Shown here piece by piece: positions 1 through 10,407 of a DNA stretch of 47,623 nt. The notes under the pieces are model-generated. The model was not told where the DNA came from. It was given only the letters and a program-made list of their open reading frames with translations, and did not search any database. Source of the stretch: a virus (lineage: Duplodnaviria > Heunggongvirae > Uroviricota > Caudoviricetes); the IMG/VR virus record IMGVR_UViG_2541047816_000005, positions 1 through 47,623 of that record, one strand, 5' to 3'. The position numbers and the translations under genes were made by a program. Each line of letters begins with the position of its first letter. The first letter of the stretch is position 1.

Positions 1-221
1 ACCCGCAAACCACACTTCCCTTTAAAACGCGTAACATACATTGCTTGCGTTTAACTTTCTTTGAACTCTTGCAGAAAAATGAGAATTCGTGAGTACGATC
101 ACTCAAAATCGCCTGGCAAAAATAAAATCACCCTATAGATGCACAAAAAACGGGCAAAACTACCTGGTTCGCAAAACTGCGTCTAAAGTTAAACCGGGAC
201 CTCGCGAGCAAGGGTGAGACG

Positions 222-290
222 ATGGCGCTTTACACAATTGGTGAAGTGGCGTTGCTTTGTGATATTAACCCTGTCACGTTACGCGCGTGA
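222..290 (+). pseudogene. mlrA: 5' fragment of MerR-family regulator (MlrA/YehV-like), 22 codons then TGA; likely prophage junction
   Basis: ATG at 222 preceded by AGGGTGAGA; translation MALYTIGEVALLCDINPVTLRA then stop at 288-290; matches the N-terminal HTH of MlrA as recalled, and similarity ends abruptly. Confidence 0.45.
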
Positions 291-483
291 CGCAACATTT
301 TTAAAAATCGACGAAGATCGTCCAGGAGCGCCATTTTTCAAGGGTTGGACAGATGATTCGTTTTCGATGTCGACGAACTTCGACGGATTTCGCCGATAAA
401 AAGTGTCCCATACATGCCCCATAGATGCCCCATAGGCAATATTACCAATTGACACTGGTTATCCACACAGCCAAAAATAACAC

Positions 484-499
484 CTGTACATAACTACAG
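484..499 (+). promoter_or_regulatory. putative LexA (SOS) box CTGT-N8-ACAG upstream of dinI-like gene
   Basis: cCTGTacataactACAGtt read directly; AGGAGGG RBS at 504-510 and ATG at 515. Confidence 0.55.
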
Positions 500-514
500 T
501 TACAGGAGGGGGTT

Positions 515-763
515 ATGCGTGTTGAGATCTGTATCGCTAAAGAAAAAATCAGCAAAATGCCGAAAGGTTCTGTTCCTGCTCTGCAGCAAGAAATGCTGCG
601 CCGCATAGGTAAGCGATATGACGATGCAGATGTGATCGTTAAATCTGCCAGCAATGATGGACTCACCATTTTAAGAGCCGTCGATAAAGAATCAGCACTG
701 GAGTTCGTACAGGAAACACTACAGGAAGTCTGGCAAACCGCGGACGACTGGTTTATGCAATAA
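515..763 (+). CDS. DinI-family DNA-damage-inducible protein
   Basis: 82 aa; [10 protein letters not shown]...[12 protein letters not shown] resembles DinI along its length (recalled); strong RBS; LexA box upstream. Confidence 0.75.
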   Translation: MRVEICIAKEKISKMPKGSVPALQQEMLRRIGKRYDDADVIVKSASNDGLTILRAVDKESALEFVQETLQEVWQTADDWFMQ

Positions 764-880
764 CGGGATCATAATCACTGTAATGACCTGTTTTGTATGA
801 CATTCTTAAAAGGCATAACAACGAGCTTGTCGTTTCAAGCGACTTCTTCTGGTTGGGGAGCCTGAGTGCTCCCCTTTTTT

Positions 881-1177
881 TCAGCTAAAAATCAGCATAC
901 AGCCATACAATCCCGCACAGGCCACCACCGGCACCACAAAATCCATCAGACTGGCCACATTCCACACACGCGGATCAAAACCGCCCCACCACGGCATGTT
1001 CTGTCTGTGACCATCACCAAAACGCTTAATCCAGCGATATTCTGCCTGGGTATGTTCTCGGGCAATAAAGAACGTACAACCCGCTATCGCTCCGTAAACC
1101 CAGTCACCGGTAATGCACCCGACCAGCCCCTGCACGGCTACTGCACAAATTGCATGAAGTATCGGCGTGATATCCAT
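881..1177 (-). CDS. small hydrophobic membrane protein, unknown function
   Basis: 98 aa ORF with hydrophobic Cys/Gly-rich segments (AVAVQGLVGCITG, VVPVVACAGLYGCMLIF); follows the 92 aa ORF in the same orientation. Confidence 0.4.
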   Translation of the reverse strand: MDITPILHAICAVAVQGLVGCITGDWVYGAIAGCTFFIAREHTQAEYRWIKRFGDGHRQNMPWWGGFDPRVWNVASLMDFVVPVVACAGLYGCMLIFS

Positions 1178-1186
1178 CTGCTCCCC

Positions 1187-1465
1187 TTAAAACCACTCCC
1201 TGAGCGGGCGCTCTGGTGTAACCACCCACTCACGGAACACGGATTCATCAAAGCCATCGTCAAGAAGACGAATATTAACAAAGTACCCTTCGTCTCGCGT
1301 GTATTCAGGCTCCCCGTCAGCAGAAACACCTGACTCACTGAACGTAAAACCAATCTCATCAACCAGAATGGCATTCTGCAGCTCTTCGTCCTCTTCCCAG
1401 TTAAGTTTCCTGAGAAATGCCCTGAAATCTGCTTTATCACTGAAACGCAACGTGAAATCTCTCAC
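1187..1465 (-). CDS. small acidic protein, unknown function (sits where a tail fiber assembly gene is expected)
   Basis: 92 aa, very D/E-rich; start overlaps the tail fiber stop (1462-1465); not recognisably Tfa-like. Confidence 0.4.
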   Translation of the reverse strand: MRDFTLRFSDKADFRAFLRKLNWEEDEELQNAILVDEIGFTFSESGVSADGEPEYTRDEGYFVNIRLLDDGFDESVFREWVVTPERPLREWF

Positions 1466-3522
1466 TCCACAACCTCCCCAAGCTGCGCATCTGTTAGCTC
1501 TTTATGCCAGAGACGAAAATTCCTCACATGCCCAAATAAATGGCGTAATCCTGCTGTAGTTTGTCCACCAATGCGAATGATTGCTGTACTCCGGATATAT
1601 TCCCATGTGGTTTTTGTTTCGCTGGATATACGCCCGTTACTTACTGCACATGTAGACTGATCTGACTTTACACGCATCCCCATAACCATTTTTTTCAACG
1701 ATGCGTTTTCGTTAACACGCCTATTTGATCCACCAATATCGCAATAAGGAAATCCGTCTGGCCCATCTGCCGAAGATCCGAAGCCAAGAATAATAGCCGC
1801 TCCGGTTTGATGACCGCCGGTATCAAAAACACGTGGCGCTGCATTTGGCGTTTTATACCAGTTCTTATGTACCTCACAAAGAACCGTAAAAGGAAGATTA
1901 TAAAGATTATTCTTAATCGGAACTGTAACCATATCGCTTGCGCGCGTCGCCGCCGTCGTTCCTGATATAATAAAAGATGATACACACGAACCATCCTCAA
2001 CCTGAGGGGTGGCCAGATAAATATAGTCACCAGATTCAACGACACCACCTTTTTTTGGTGCGTATTGTATTGCAGAGGTTATGTAAGTTTCTTTACTTGC
2101 TTGAATCGTTGCCTCTACAAAAATCCAGCCCGTAGCTTCATCTTTGCTAACTCGTGCGGTGAGCCTGTCGGCAGCTACACCGGTGATTTCAACCAATAAA
2201 GACCGCGTATTAACAATGGCATATCCAAGATTAGATGAAGCGCTGCCATCGAAGGCTTCAAACCTGATCCTTAACAGGAGTTCCAAATCCGTTTTAAATC
2301 TGCACGATGTCGTCACACACTTATTATCGCCTGATACATCGACAGCCCCCGAGGTTGAAACTACTGCCATATTAAGGGTTGTACTTTGCCCAATTAATGA
2401 TTCATTACAAACAAACTTTCCATAAGTAAAACCAAAACTATCAGTTCCAACCTCAGCGACATTCATATTTGCAGATTTACCCCAAGAAGCTGGAGTTGCT
2501 GAATTCAACATGTAGTTGGTTCGCTGACCTTCAATCAATAAACCTTCTTTTTCAAATCGTGGCTCATTAATTTCCGCCGTTTTCAGTTCGCCAGATTTGT
2601 TGATATATGTTGCCGTTGATGCGCGACTGAAATTAACCTGTTTATCACTGGCAACCTGAACCACATTATCACCAATCTTCACTTTTTTATAACCCGGAGA
2701 ATAGCCCGTAATCATATCCAGCGAATCATTAAAGGGTATCCACACATCCGGCAGCGGCTGTAAAACATATCTGTACGGCTCTGCTGTCTGGTTTGCGTAT
2801 TCTCTGGCAGCATCTTCACTTGCTTTTGCTGCCGTCTGGCTTGCTGCCGATGCTTTCGCCGAGTTCGCCGCCGCTGTTTCGCTCACCTTTGCGTTGGCTT
2901 CACTGTCTTTGGCATTCGTCTCACTGGTTTTCGCTGCCGTCTGGCTGGATTTTGCGTTTTTTTCGCTGGCCTTTGTGGCTGTCTCGCTATTTTTCGCGCT
3001 GGTTTCTGATTTTTTGGCTGCTGTCGCGGAGTTTGCCGATGCAGTCTGCGAGGCCGCTGCCGCCTGTGCGCTGTTAGCTGCATTCGTTTCTGAGGTTTTC
3101 GCCGCATTCTTCGATGAGGCTGCTGCCGTTTCGGATTTCTTTGCCGCCGCTGCACTCTGTGATGACGCTCCGGCATGACGTGCCACTTCATTCACCATCA
3201 GCTCAAAACGGCGCAGTGCCTCCGGACGAACATCATCCTCCGTCATGGCGCCGAGAAAATCATTCAGCGTACCTGGTCTGGAACCTTCATAGACGGTAAT
3301 GGTCCCGGCATGTGAAGGCGGAAAATCTTCAACCAGCAGGGTGACGCTGTACTGGCCATACTCAACATCCATGCTGTAACGCCCGGCTTCATCCGGATTT
3401 TCAGAGGCCACCGTGTTCACCACCACCGTGCTGCTGGTCCGTCTGGCCTTCAGCACAATGGTGCAGTTCTGTACTGGTTTTCCTGTGCCATCTTTAAGCA
3501 CGCCAGAAATTTTTACTGTCAT
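1462..3522 (-). CDS. stf: side tail fiber protein (lambda Stf-like N-terminus, Ala/Ser/Thr/Lys-rich repeat shaft, divergent C-terminus)
   Basis: 686 aa; N-terminus MTVKISGVLKDGTGKPVQNCTI...GRYSMDVEYGQYSV matches lambda Stf as recalled. Confidence 0.85.
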   Translation of the reverse strand: MTVKISGVLKDGTGKPVQNCTIVLKARRTSSTVVVNTVASENPDEAGRYSMDVEYGQYSVTLLVEDFPPSHAGTITVYEGSRPGTLNDFLGAMTEDDVRPEALRRFELMVNEVARHAGASSQSAAAAKKSETAAASSKNAAKTSETNAANSAQAAAASQTASANSATAAKKSETSAKNSETATKASEKNAKSSQTAAKTSETNAKDSEANAKVSETAAANSAKASAASQTAAKASEDAAREYANQTAEPYRYVLQPLPDVWIPFNDSLDMITGYSPGYKKVKIGDNVVQVASDKQVNFSRASTATYINKSGELKTAEINEPRFEKEGLLIEGQRTNYMLNSATPASWGKSANMNVAEVGTDSFGFTYGKFVCNESLIGQSTTLNMAVVSTSGAVDVSGDNKCVTTSCRFKTDLELLLRIRFEAFDGSASSNLGYAIVNTRSLLVEITGVAADRLTARVSKDEATGWIFVEATIQASKETYITSAIQYAPKKGGVVESGDYIYLATPQVEDGSCVSSFIISGTTAATRASDMVTVPIKNNLYNLPFTVLCEVHKNWYKTPNAAPRVFDTGGHQTGAAIILGFGSSADGPDGFPYCDIGGSNRRVNENASLKKMVMGMRVKSDQSTCAVSNGRISSETKTTWEYIRSTAIIRIGGQTTAGLRHLFGHVRNFRLWHKELTDAQLGEVVE

Positions 3523-3534
3523 ACTTTTCCACCA

Positions 3535-3567
3535 ATAAAAAAAGCCCGCAGCAGTGACGCCACGGGC
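3535..3567 (-). terminator. rho-independent terminator downstream of lom
   Basis: minus strand GCCCG-loop-CGGGC followed by a run of 9 T. Confidence 0.5.
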
Positions 3568-3673
3568 TTCAGGACAGTGTAACTTTACGTTTCCTCAAAC
3601 GCAGTTCACCCCATAAGGCGGATGAACCTGCGTATCATAACAATATTTACAGAAGATAAATCGGCGTCTGTTG

Positions 3674-4273
3674 TCAGAAACGGTATCCGATACCAACAAT
3701 AAATGCATCCGTTCGCCAGTCGCCACTACCGGAACCTTCATAAGCAATATCAATGGTCACGGATTCGGTCGGGTTAAACTGCACGCCAGCTCCCCACGCC
3801 AGAGACGTGTTGCTGTGGCGATCGTCATCACTTCCGGTCAGCACATCGTGCGTTTTCCCCTTGTTGTCAGTTACGCGGAGATAATCCCCGGAGAACGTCG
3901 ACACACGGCTGTAAGCCACACCTGCCATCGCATAAGCACTGAACCATTCATTCACGCGCACAGACGGCCCCGCCATCACGCTGAACCAGCGGTTACGCAC
4001 GGAATCTTCATGCCAGCGGGTATCGCTGTAGTGCGTTTTTTGCTCATCCTCAGCATTGGCATAACTGAAGGACGTAATCAGCCCCAGCGCGTCCGTAAAC
4101 TCATAACGGTATTTCACGTTAATCCCGTTCAGATTATCGCTGCCTGGCATATCAGTGTGGGTCTGAAGATACCCGGCGCTTAGTGTGGACTGATGCTCTG
4201 CTGCGCTCGCTGGCGTACCAGCGGCAACCAGCCAGACTACTGCGGACAGAATAACAGCACATAATTTACGCAT
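3674..4273 (-). CDS. lom: Lom/Ail-family outer membrane protein
   Basis: 199 aa with signal peptide; near-identical blocks to lambda Lom (NGINVKYRYEFTD, WHEDSVRNRWFSVMAGPSVRVNEWFSAYAMAGVAYSRV). Confidence 0.9.
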   Translation of the reverse strand: MRKLCAVILSAVVWLVAAGTPASAAEHQSTLSAGYLQTHTDMPGSDNLNGINVKYRYEFTDALGLITSFSYANAEDEQKTHYSDTRWHEDSVRNRWFSVMAGPSVRVNEWFSAYAMAGVAYSRVSTFSGDYLRVTDNKGKTHDVLTGSDDDRHSNTSLAWGAGVQFNPTESVTIDIAYEGSGSGDWRTDAFIVGIGYRF

Positions 4274-4297
4274 AATTACCTCTCGCTTTTCTGCAAT

Positions 4298-4321
4298 AAA
4301 AAAGGCGCCATTTCTGGCGCC
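4298..4321 (-). terminator. rho-independent terminator between J and lom
   Basis: minus strand GGCGCCA-GAAA-TGGCGCC followed by TTTTTT. Confidence 0.5.
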
Positions 4322-4340
4322 CGTATTGGGGTTATAAAAT

Positions 4341-7300
4341 TCAGCTAATCGTGATGCCTGCAGTGGCTTTCTTCATCACAACAACCAGCAAATCGCTGAT
4401 ACTTGCTGTGGGATACCAGCCATTTACCCACCATGCTGATACAGAAAACTCCAGCGTCATGTGGCCGTGACCGGCAGGCATATCAATAACACCACTGTAA
4501 ATCAGCGTATTATCCAGCGCGGTACGGTTATAAATTTCAGCACCGTTTTTCCGTACTATCAGGCGGCATGACGAATAAATATCGTTATTCTCCCGCTCAT
4601 GTCTGGCACCGCTGAATGCCACCGCCGGAATAACAATTTGCCGGTCAAACGGCTGATCGTCATAAACCCTGACGGTAATGGTCCCTGATGGCCACCTCTC
4701 CGGTGCACGGGAGTCACGGGGGAAAGCCTTACCCACTGTTTTAACGAGATCGCCTTCAATCTGGTTTGCAGACAGTTTTCCTCTGATGACACAGTTCTCG
4801 TTAATGGTGACATTATTGAGCGTGCCGGTATTCGCCGTGATGGCTCCACTGATATCCGCATTGCGGGCTGTCAGCCTGCCATCCGGCGTCAGGGAAAACG
4901 TCGGAGGATTGCCGGATGACGTGATGCTCACCGCAAACAGTCGCTTCAGGAACACGTCGTTCATGAACAGCTGATTCCCCTGCGCCACAAACAGCGGCGT
5001 GGTGTTGCCGTTCTCCGGGGTAATCATCGCGATACGGTCCGCCTGCAGCAGAATACTGCTCAGCGTCTGACCATCAACATCCTCAATCCCCGCGCCAATC
5101 CCGGCCACATAGGGAATACCGTTTTTTGTTTTCTGCACCTTCAGCATATACATGGCATTCAGCTCATTGCGCGTGTCTGACTGAACCCGCTGGATTTGCT
5201 GTATGGTCACGGCCTGGTCACCCAGCTTTTTATCCGTGGTCGAGGTAATTTCACTCCCTTTTTTATCCACGTACTGGCGGACCTGTGCTATCTGTCGGGC
5301 GTTTTCTGACTGCCCCTGGCTGACAGTCTGTGAGATTTCACTGCTCACCCGGTCCACTTTCTGGCTCACCTGCGCGATGGCCAGTGTCTGGTCCTCATTC
5401 TTTTTCGCAACCAGCTGCGTGAGGCTGTTTTCCGCCTCCCCGATTTTCCGGGTCACTTCTGCGATATCCGTGTCCATCCGCTGACGGATGTCTTCTTCCA
5501 GTTGCGTGACCTCCGTACGCAGCGCTGAAGCATCAATGCGCTCTTTCAGTGCCTGACCCAGAAGCGTCTCATCTATCAGCCCCCGGAAAATTTCCAGATA
5601 CCCTTCACCATCATTGCTGGGCTGCCCGCTGGCTTCCACAAAAGCAGATTTTCCCACCAGGTTGACGCTTCGCACGTAAAACCAGAAATCCGTCCCCGGC
5701 TTAATCCGGCTCCCCTGGACAGTCCACTGACTGCCGGTCCCCAGATAACGGGCAGATTTTTCCACCTGTGCCGTGTTCGTGATGCGTTTTTCTGAGAACC
5801 AGAATTCAAACTGTACCGTCGGGTCATACACCGCAAGACGCGGGACCGCCGTTATCTGAAAATACCCCGGCGTCAGCTCAATGGTGGCGGGTTTTGCAGG
5901 TGCGTTAATCCGGAAGGTGGTGGTGGCAGGTTCACCCTGCTGGCCATAGCTGTTTATCGCCCGCACCGTCAGGGTGTATTCCCCGAGCGGCAGGCCGCTG
6001 AAACGGTGCTCCGTGTCTGCGGTGATGGCAGTGGTCACCAGTCTGGCATCCGTTCCCTTACCACTGGTCAGGCGCAGACTGAAGCGCACGCCCTTCACCA
6101 CCCGCGGCGTGTCCCATTTCGCCTGCGCCAGATACTGGCCATCAGCTGCGCTCACCTCCACCGTCAGGTGCTGCACTGCCGGTGGGATAACGCTGTTCAG
6201 GGTGCCTGACTGCGGCTCAAAGCGGGCACCGTTATCCACGATGGCTTCTTTTTCCGGTACGTGCTGCACCGCCGTGATGGCAAAGGTGCCGTCCGTGTTT
6301 TCCCGGATGGAGACACAGCGGAACAGGCGACGGCGCAGTGACGGCAGGGAGAGTCCCCACACCCCGTATGTCTCCACACCATCAGGCAGGGTACTGACCT
6401 GTATCCGGTCCGGCGCGGGGTGTGCGGTGATGTCCACACTCACCGGCTTACCGCTGCCGTTAATCAGGTTCACCGCTGATGTACCTGTCTCCGGCAGGGT
6501 AACCTCACGGTCCAGCGTCAGGGTGCGGGTGGCAGCATCAATGGACAGGACACGTCCGCCGGTCAGGGTCCCGGCATAGTCATTATCACAGATTTCAATA
6601 ATGTCACCGGGTGTGTGACGCAGCCCCTGTGACCCGAGCGTGAAATCCACCGTCTGCGTTTCCAGCAGTTCGGTCTTTATCACCCACAGCCCGGCACGGT
6701 GGGCCTGACCGCGGCTGGTACAGCCGAACGCGTCCATCTTCAGCAGGTTGCGTCCGTAGCGCAGTATGGCTTCCGGGTCTTCCACCAGTTCCGTGGAGGT
6801 CTGCCAGCCGTTCTGCGGGTCGGTGTAATTCACCTCCACCGCCGTGTGCCGGTCCTTCAGGGCACTGAAGCTGTAGCGGAAACCCACGCCGTTATCATCC
6901 ACCACCACATCGCTGCTGGTGTACGGCCACACCACATCCGACGGGCGGTCCTGAACAAACGTCAGCGTCTGACCGTTCCATACCGGCATACAGCGCATCG
7001 CAGAGCAGAAATCACTGAGAACGTCCCACGCCTTACGCTGTTGTGCCAGGTACGCATTAAAGGTCATCCGCGGCTCGGTCCCCCCGAAACCATCCGGGAC
7101 CGTCTGGTCGCAGTACTGCCCGATGGCATACAGCGCCCACTTGTCCACATCCGCCACCCCCAGACGTTTTCCCATGCCGTAGCGCGGGTGAGTCAGCATG
7201 TCCCACAGGCACCAGGCCGGGTTGTTGCTGTATGCCGGTTTCAGACTGCCGTCCCAGATACCACTGTACGTGCGTTTTTCCGGGTCATAGTTTGACGGCA

Positions 7301-8033
7301 CCTGGATGATGCGACCGCGGATATGGTAGTTCACCGTCATCTGCTGGCCGCCGAACTGCTCCGCATCCACCTGCAGCCCCACAATGGCCGTGTTCGGGTA
7401 GCACTGTTTCACATCGATGATTTCGGTGTATGACGACCACAGCGTCTTATTCTGCAGCTGGTCCGTGGTGTTGTCCGCCGTCTCCCTGACCATCCGGATG
7501 TTAAAGGGCCGGGGAGGCAGATTATCCAGAATCACCGAGGCCAGGAACTGCGAGGTGGTCTTGCCGTTAATGGTGACATCCTTTTCCGTCACCCAGCGAC
7601 CATTACGCTGTAACTGAATCAGAATCCGGACAGAGGAAGGATTACGGTCGCCCTTTGACGTGGTCTGCACCAGTGACTGCACCCCGAAGGTAACCCGCAG
7701 GCGGTCAATGTTCGCGGACGTAATGGTGCGCGTCACCGGTTTTGCCTTCGTCACTTCCACGCCCAGTCCGGTTTCAGCTCCGGAGGACTCAAAGCCTTCC
7801 GGTGGTGTCTGCTCCTGCTCCCCGGCGCGCCAGACCGCGGTCACACCGTGTATCACGGGATTACCGTCCGTGTCCGTCAGCGGGGTTTTGTTCACCAGGA
7901 TACTCTGCAGTCCCTTCACCGGACCTTCTATCGGTCCCTCACCAATCGCATCAATCACACTCATCATCTGCGTGGATTTGAGATTATCCTTCGCCTCGCG
8001 AGGCGTGTGTGCCTTACCGCCACCTTTTCCCAT
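4341..8033 (-). CDS. J: tail tip / host specificity protein J
   Basis: 1230 aa; start [20 protein letters not shown] and long blocks colinear with lambda gpJ (recalled). Confidence 0.95.
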   Translation of the reverse strand: MGKGGGKAHTPREAKDNLKSTQMMSVIDAIGEGPIEGPVKGLQSILVNKTPLTDTDGNPVIHGVTAVWRAGEQEQTPPEGFESSGAETGLGVEVTKAKPVTRTITSANIDRLRVTFGVQSLVQTTSKGDRNPSSVRILIQLQRNGRWVTEKDVTINGKTTSQFLASVILDNLPPRPFNIRMVRETADNTTDQLQNKTLWSSYTEIIDVKQCYPNTAIVGLQVDAEQFGGQQMTVNYHIRGRIIQVPSNYDPEKRTYSGIWDGSLKPAYSNNPAWCLWDMLTHPRYGMGKRLGVADVDKWALYAIGQYCDQTVPDGFGGTEPRMTFNAYLAQQRKAWDVLSDFCSAMRCMPVWNGQTLTFVQDRPSDVVWPYTSSDVVVDDNGVGFRYSFSALKDRHTAVEVNYTDPQNGWQTSTELVEDPEAILRYGRNLLKMDAFGCTSRGQAHRAGLWVIKTELLETQTVDFTLGSQGLRHTPGDIIEICDNDYAGTLTGGRVLSIDAATRTLTLDREVTLPETGTSAVNLINGSGKPVSVDITAHPAPDRIQVSTLPDGVETYGVWGLSLPSLRRRLFRCVSIRENTDGTFAITAVQHVPEKEAIVDNGARFEPQSGTLNSVIPPAVQHLTVEVSAADGQYLAQAKWDTPRVVKGVRFSLRLTSGKGTDARLVTTAITADTEHRFSGLPLGEYTLTVRAINSYGQQGEPATTTFRINAPAKPATIELTPGYFQITAVPRLAVYDPTVQFEFWFSEKRITNTAQVEKSARYLGTGSQWTVQGSRIKPGTDFWFYVRSVNLVGKSAFVEASGQPSNDGEGYLEIFRGLIDETLLGQALKERIDASALRTEVTQLEEDIRQRMDTDIAEVTRKIGEAENSLTQLVAKKNEDQTLAIAQVSQKVDRVSSEISQTVSQGQSENARQIAQVRQYVDKKGSEITSTTDKKLGDQAVTIQQIQRVQSDTRNELNAMYMLKVQKTKNGIPYVAGIGAGIEDVDGQTLSSILLQADRIAMITPENGNTTPLFVAQGNQLFMNDVFLKRLFAVSITSSGNPPTFSLTPDGRLTARNADISGAITANTGTLNNVTINENCVIRGKLSANQIEGDLVKTVGKAFPRDSRAPERWPSGTITVRVYDDQPFDRQIVIPAVAFSGARHERENNDIYSSCRLIVRKNGAEIYNRTALDNTLIYSGVIDMPAGHGHMTLEFSVSAWWVNGWYPTASISDLLVVVMKKATAGITIS

Positions 8034-8376
8034 ACAGCCTTCCCCTGAATAAATTAACCGCCACTTGCCATTCCGTACAGAAGTCGGATATCCTTCGCCC
8101 GAAAAGCATGAAACACATTTCTGCCATGCTAAAGAGAAACCCCGGTATCAGCAGATACCGGGGTTTTCTTTCATGCCCACCGATAATCCTGTTGGTTAAA
8201 ACCGGTAATGGCATAAAAATTCTGAATATCTTCACATTTTCACAAACTGACTGTGGCGCGTATAATTTCTCTGCGTTAATTTTTTTGTCGTGATATAAGA
8301 ATAATTCCTTACACTTAATCTTCGTAACTCTCCCGCAGTTCCTGTCCGCGATCACTGCGGGATTTTTTTATTCTTT

Positions 8377-9057
8377 TTACCCCTGCCGCCCGATAACCAC
8401 GACCTTTCCGCCCCCGCCTTCATCACGGGTGCTGATGTCCTGGGATATACGGCGGGAGCCAACCAGCATTTCCCCGTAAGGCACCGGCATCGGGTTCCCC
8501 TGGGCAATCATGTTATCCAGCGAGGAAAAGTACGTGTTCTGTCTGCCGTTATCCGTTGCGCGGTAATCCGGTGTTTTTGCCTTCGGGGCCAGCATCTGGG
8601 CCACACCGCCCAGTATCATGCTGGCACCCAGTGAAAACAGCATCGTGGTGGCAGAAAAACCGCCGGCACTCAGGGCTGTACCCCATAACGCCATCGAGGC
8701 ACCGGCAGTGAAGAAAGAGCCCACGATGGCTGCCGCCCCCAGCACAATCTGCAGTCCACCCTTTCCGGCCCCGGCCAGTCGCGGCACAATGTGGATGACC
8801 GTTCCCTCACCCAGCTGTTCGTGAAGACGGGCATACACCGCCTCCGGTGCCGTGTCATCACCGGCAATACGTATCTGGTACCAGCCTTCGTTCATCTGAC
8901 GGCGAAAGCCCGGCATCTGCATCGACAGGGCGCGAATGGCTTCCGCTGCCGTGTTCACATACAGGCTGAGGCGGCGGCCAAATCGTTGTAAATCCCCGTA
9001 AAGGCGGATGCGTGCCAGTGGCGGTGACGCCAGACTGAATGCGTTCGTCGTTGCCAT
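8377..9057 (-). CDS. I: tail tip assembly protein I
   Basis: 226 aa; GDLQRFGRR, QIVLGAAAI.GSFFTAGA, QNTYFSSLDNM.AQGN as in lambda gpI. Confidence 0.9.
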   Translation of the reverse strand: MATTNAFSLASPPLARIRLYGDLQRFGRRLSLYVNTAAEAIRALSMQMPGFRRQMNEGWYQIRIAGDDTAPEAVYARLHEQLGEGTVIHIVPRLAGAGKGGLQIVLGAAAIVGSFFTAGASMALWGTALSAGGFSATTMLFSLGASMILGGVAQMLAPKAKTPDYRATDNGRQNTYFSSLDNMIAQGNPMPVPYGEMLVGSRRISQDISTRDEGGGGKVVVIGRQG

Positions 9058-9698
9058 TTTTCGGAATACCTCTCCCGTTTACTCAGTTGTTCAGGAATAT
9101 GGTGCAGCAGCTCGCCGTCACCACAGTAAACGGCGGCATGATTCGGCACCGATGAACCAAAGCAGCACAGCAGCACATCGCCTGCCTGTGCAGAGGACGG
9201 AGACACCCGGCAAAAGCCGTTTTCCGCCAGGTTGTCCAGGTACAGGTTCTGGCCGTTGCGCCACCAGTCATCCTCGCGATGAAAATCCGGCATTTCAGTC
9301 CCCGCCAGATGATAAGCATCCCGGAACAGCGTGTAACAGTCCGTCACCCCGTGCTCAAAGCGCCGTCCCGTCAGATGTGGCACACAGCGGAATTTGTGAA
9401 TGTCACCCCGGCAGACCAGCCACCAGGGCAGTGCGCTTTTTATCTGCAGCCGCCGGTCAGCCTCGCTCAGCCAGGGCAGCCCACCGGGATGACTGTGGAC
9501 CAGTGCCACAATCTCCCCCTGCATCTCTGCCCGCAGCCAGTCTTCCGGTGCGATACGAAAATACGCCTCCGGCTCTGCGGAAATATTCACACAAGGGATA
9601 TACCACTCCCCCTCCGGCGTGCTTATCACGAAGCCGCACGACTCCGCAGGCGCACACCGCCGGGCATGCGCCAGAATCGCTGATTCAGTCTGTGTCAT
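8955..9698 (-). CDS. K: tail tip assembly protein K (MPN/JAMM plus NlpC/P60-like)
   Basis: start placed at internal MTQTESAILAHARR (ATG 9698) within the 334 aa ORF; HSHPGG JAMM motif; 3' end overlaps the I start. Confidence 0.8.
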   Translation of the reverse strand: MTQTESAILAHARRCAPAESCGFVISTPEGEWYIPCVNISAEPEAYFRIAPEDWLRAEMQGEIVALVHSHPGGLPWLSEADRRLQIKSALPWWLVCRGDIHKFRCVPHLTGRRFEHGVTDCYTLFRDAYHLAGTEMPDFHREDDWWRNGQNLYLDNLAENGFCRVSPSSAQAGDVLLCCFGSSVPNHAAVYCGDGELLHHIPEQLSKRERYSEKWQRRTHSVWRHRHWHASAFTGIYNDLAAASACM

Positions 9699-9708
9699 AA
9701 ACCGGGAT

Positions 9709-10407
9709 TTACTGCGAAAGTTTATTAATGGAAAGGAAACCGCCAAAATTGCCGACATTCCTGCGCAGTTCACACCCGCGCATGCACTTGCTGCATCTGT
9801 CCTTACGGATATCCGTGGTGGGTTTATCGAACTCATCCGCCACAGCCCCGCCCGTGTAACCACACTCATCAGAGCGGTAGGTCCACATACAGGTGTTCGC
9901 CAGCATGATACGACCGGGAAACAGCGCCCCGTCCGTCTCGGTCGGTGTGGCCAGCACAAACGAGGCCGTCATGGCTGTCAGCTGCGACATCTGCTCCACC
10001 ACCCAGCGGTCACTCAGCTCCTGCTCCGGGTCCGCCTCCGGATTGCCCGCAACGAAATTCACCGCATCCAGAAAACGGGCATACACCCGGCGGCGGACCA
10101 CCGTGGCCCCCACCAGACTCTGCAGGTCTTCCGCCATCCCGGTGACCAGACCAAACAGATTGGACACCGTCAGCGATGGTCTGGCACTGCTGCCCTTCCC
10201 GTTCATCTCAAAGCCACTCCCCTCAATCGGGTACGCCTGATATTCACGCCCCTGCCAGGTCACCGGCTCCCCTTTTTCATTCAGCTCATTGCAGAAAAAA
10301 TACCGCTCACCGCCCTGCACCGTCAGGTCGATTTCCCAGAGTACCACCCGCGGTGACTGCTCTGACTTAACCGACTCGTTCAGACTTTCTTCGTGAATAT
10401 CCTGCAT
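9709..10407 (-). CDS. L: minor tail / tail tip protein L
   Basis: 232 aa with gpL-like blocks and a C-terminal Cys cluster. Confidence 0.9.
   Translation of the reverse strand: MQDIHEESLNESVKSEQSPRVVLWEIDLTVQGGERYFFCNELNEKGEPVTWQGREYQAYPIEGSGFEMNGKGSSARPSLTVSNLFGLVTGMAEDLQSLVGATVVRRRVYARFLDAVNFVAGNPEADPEQELSDRWVVEQMSQLTAMTASFVLATPTETDGALFPGRIMLANTCMWTYRSDECGYTGGAVADEFDKPTTDIRKDRCSKCMRGCELRRNVGNFGGFLSINKLSQ

Noticed and set aside
2883-3191. Arg/Pro-rich 102 aa ORF and Ala/Phe-rich 94 aa ORF overlapping the tail fiber repeat region
   Set aside because: They lie on alternative frames of the low-complexity Ala/Ser/Thr/Lys repeat DNA of the tail fiber gene; the composition is a frame artefact.
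5974-7295. Several 200 aa plus-strand ORFs inside J
   Set aside because: Antisense to a very well supported gene; Arg/Pro/Ser-rich composition typical of GC-rich reverse frames; no RBS.
8955-9959. Full 334 aa extent of the ORF containing K
   Set aside because: The upstream 87 codons overlap the L gene in another frame and lack K homology; start reassigned to the internal ATG at 9698.
9008-10356. 230 to 245 aa plus-strand ORFs over K and L
   Set aside because: Antisense to conserved tail genes; low-complexity composition.
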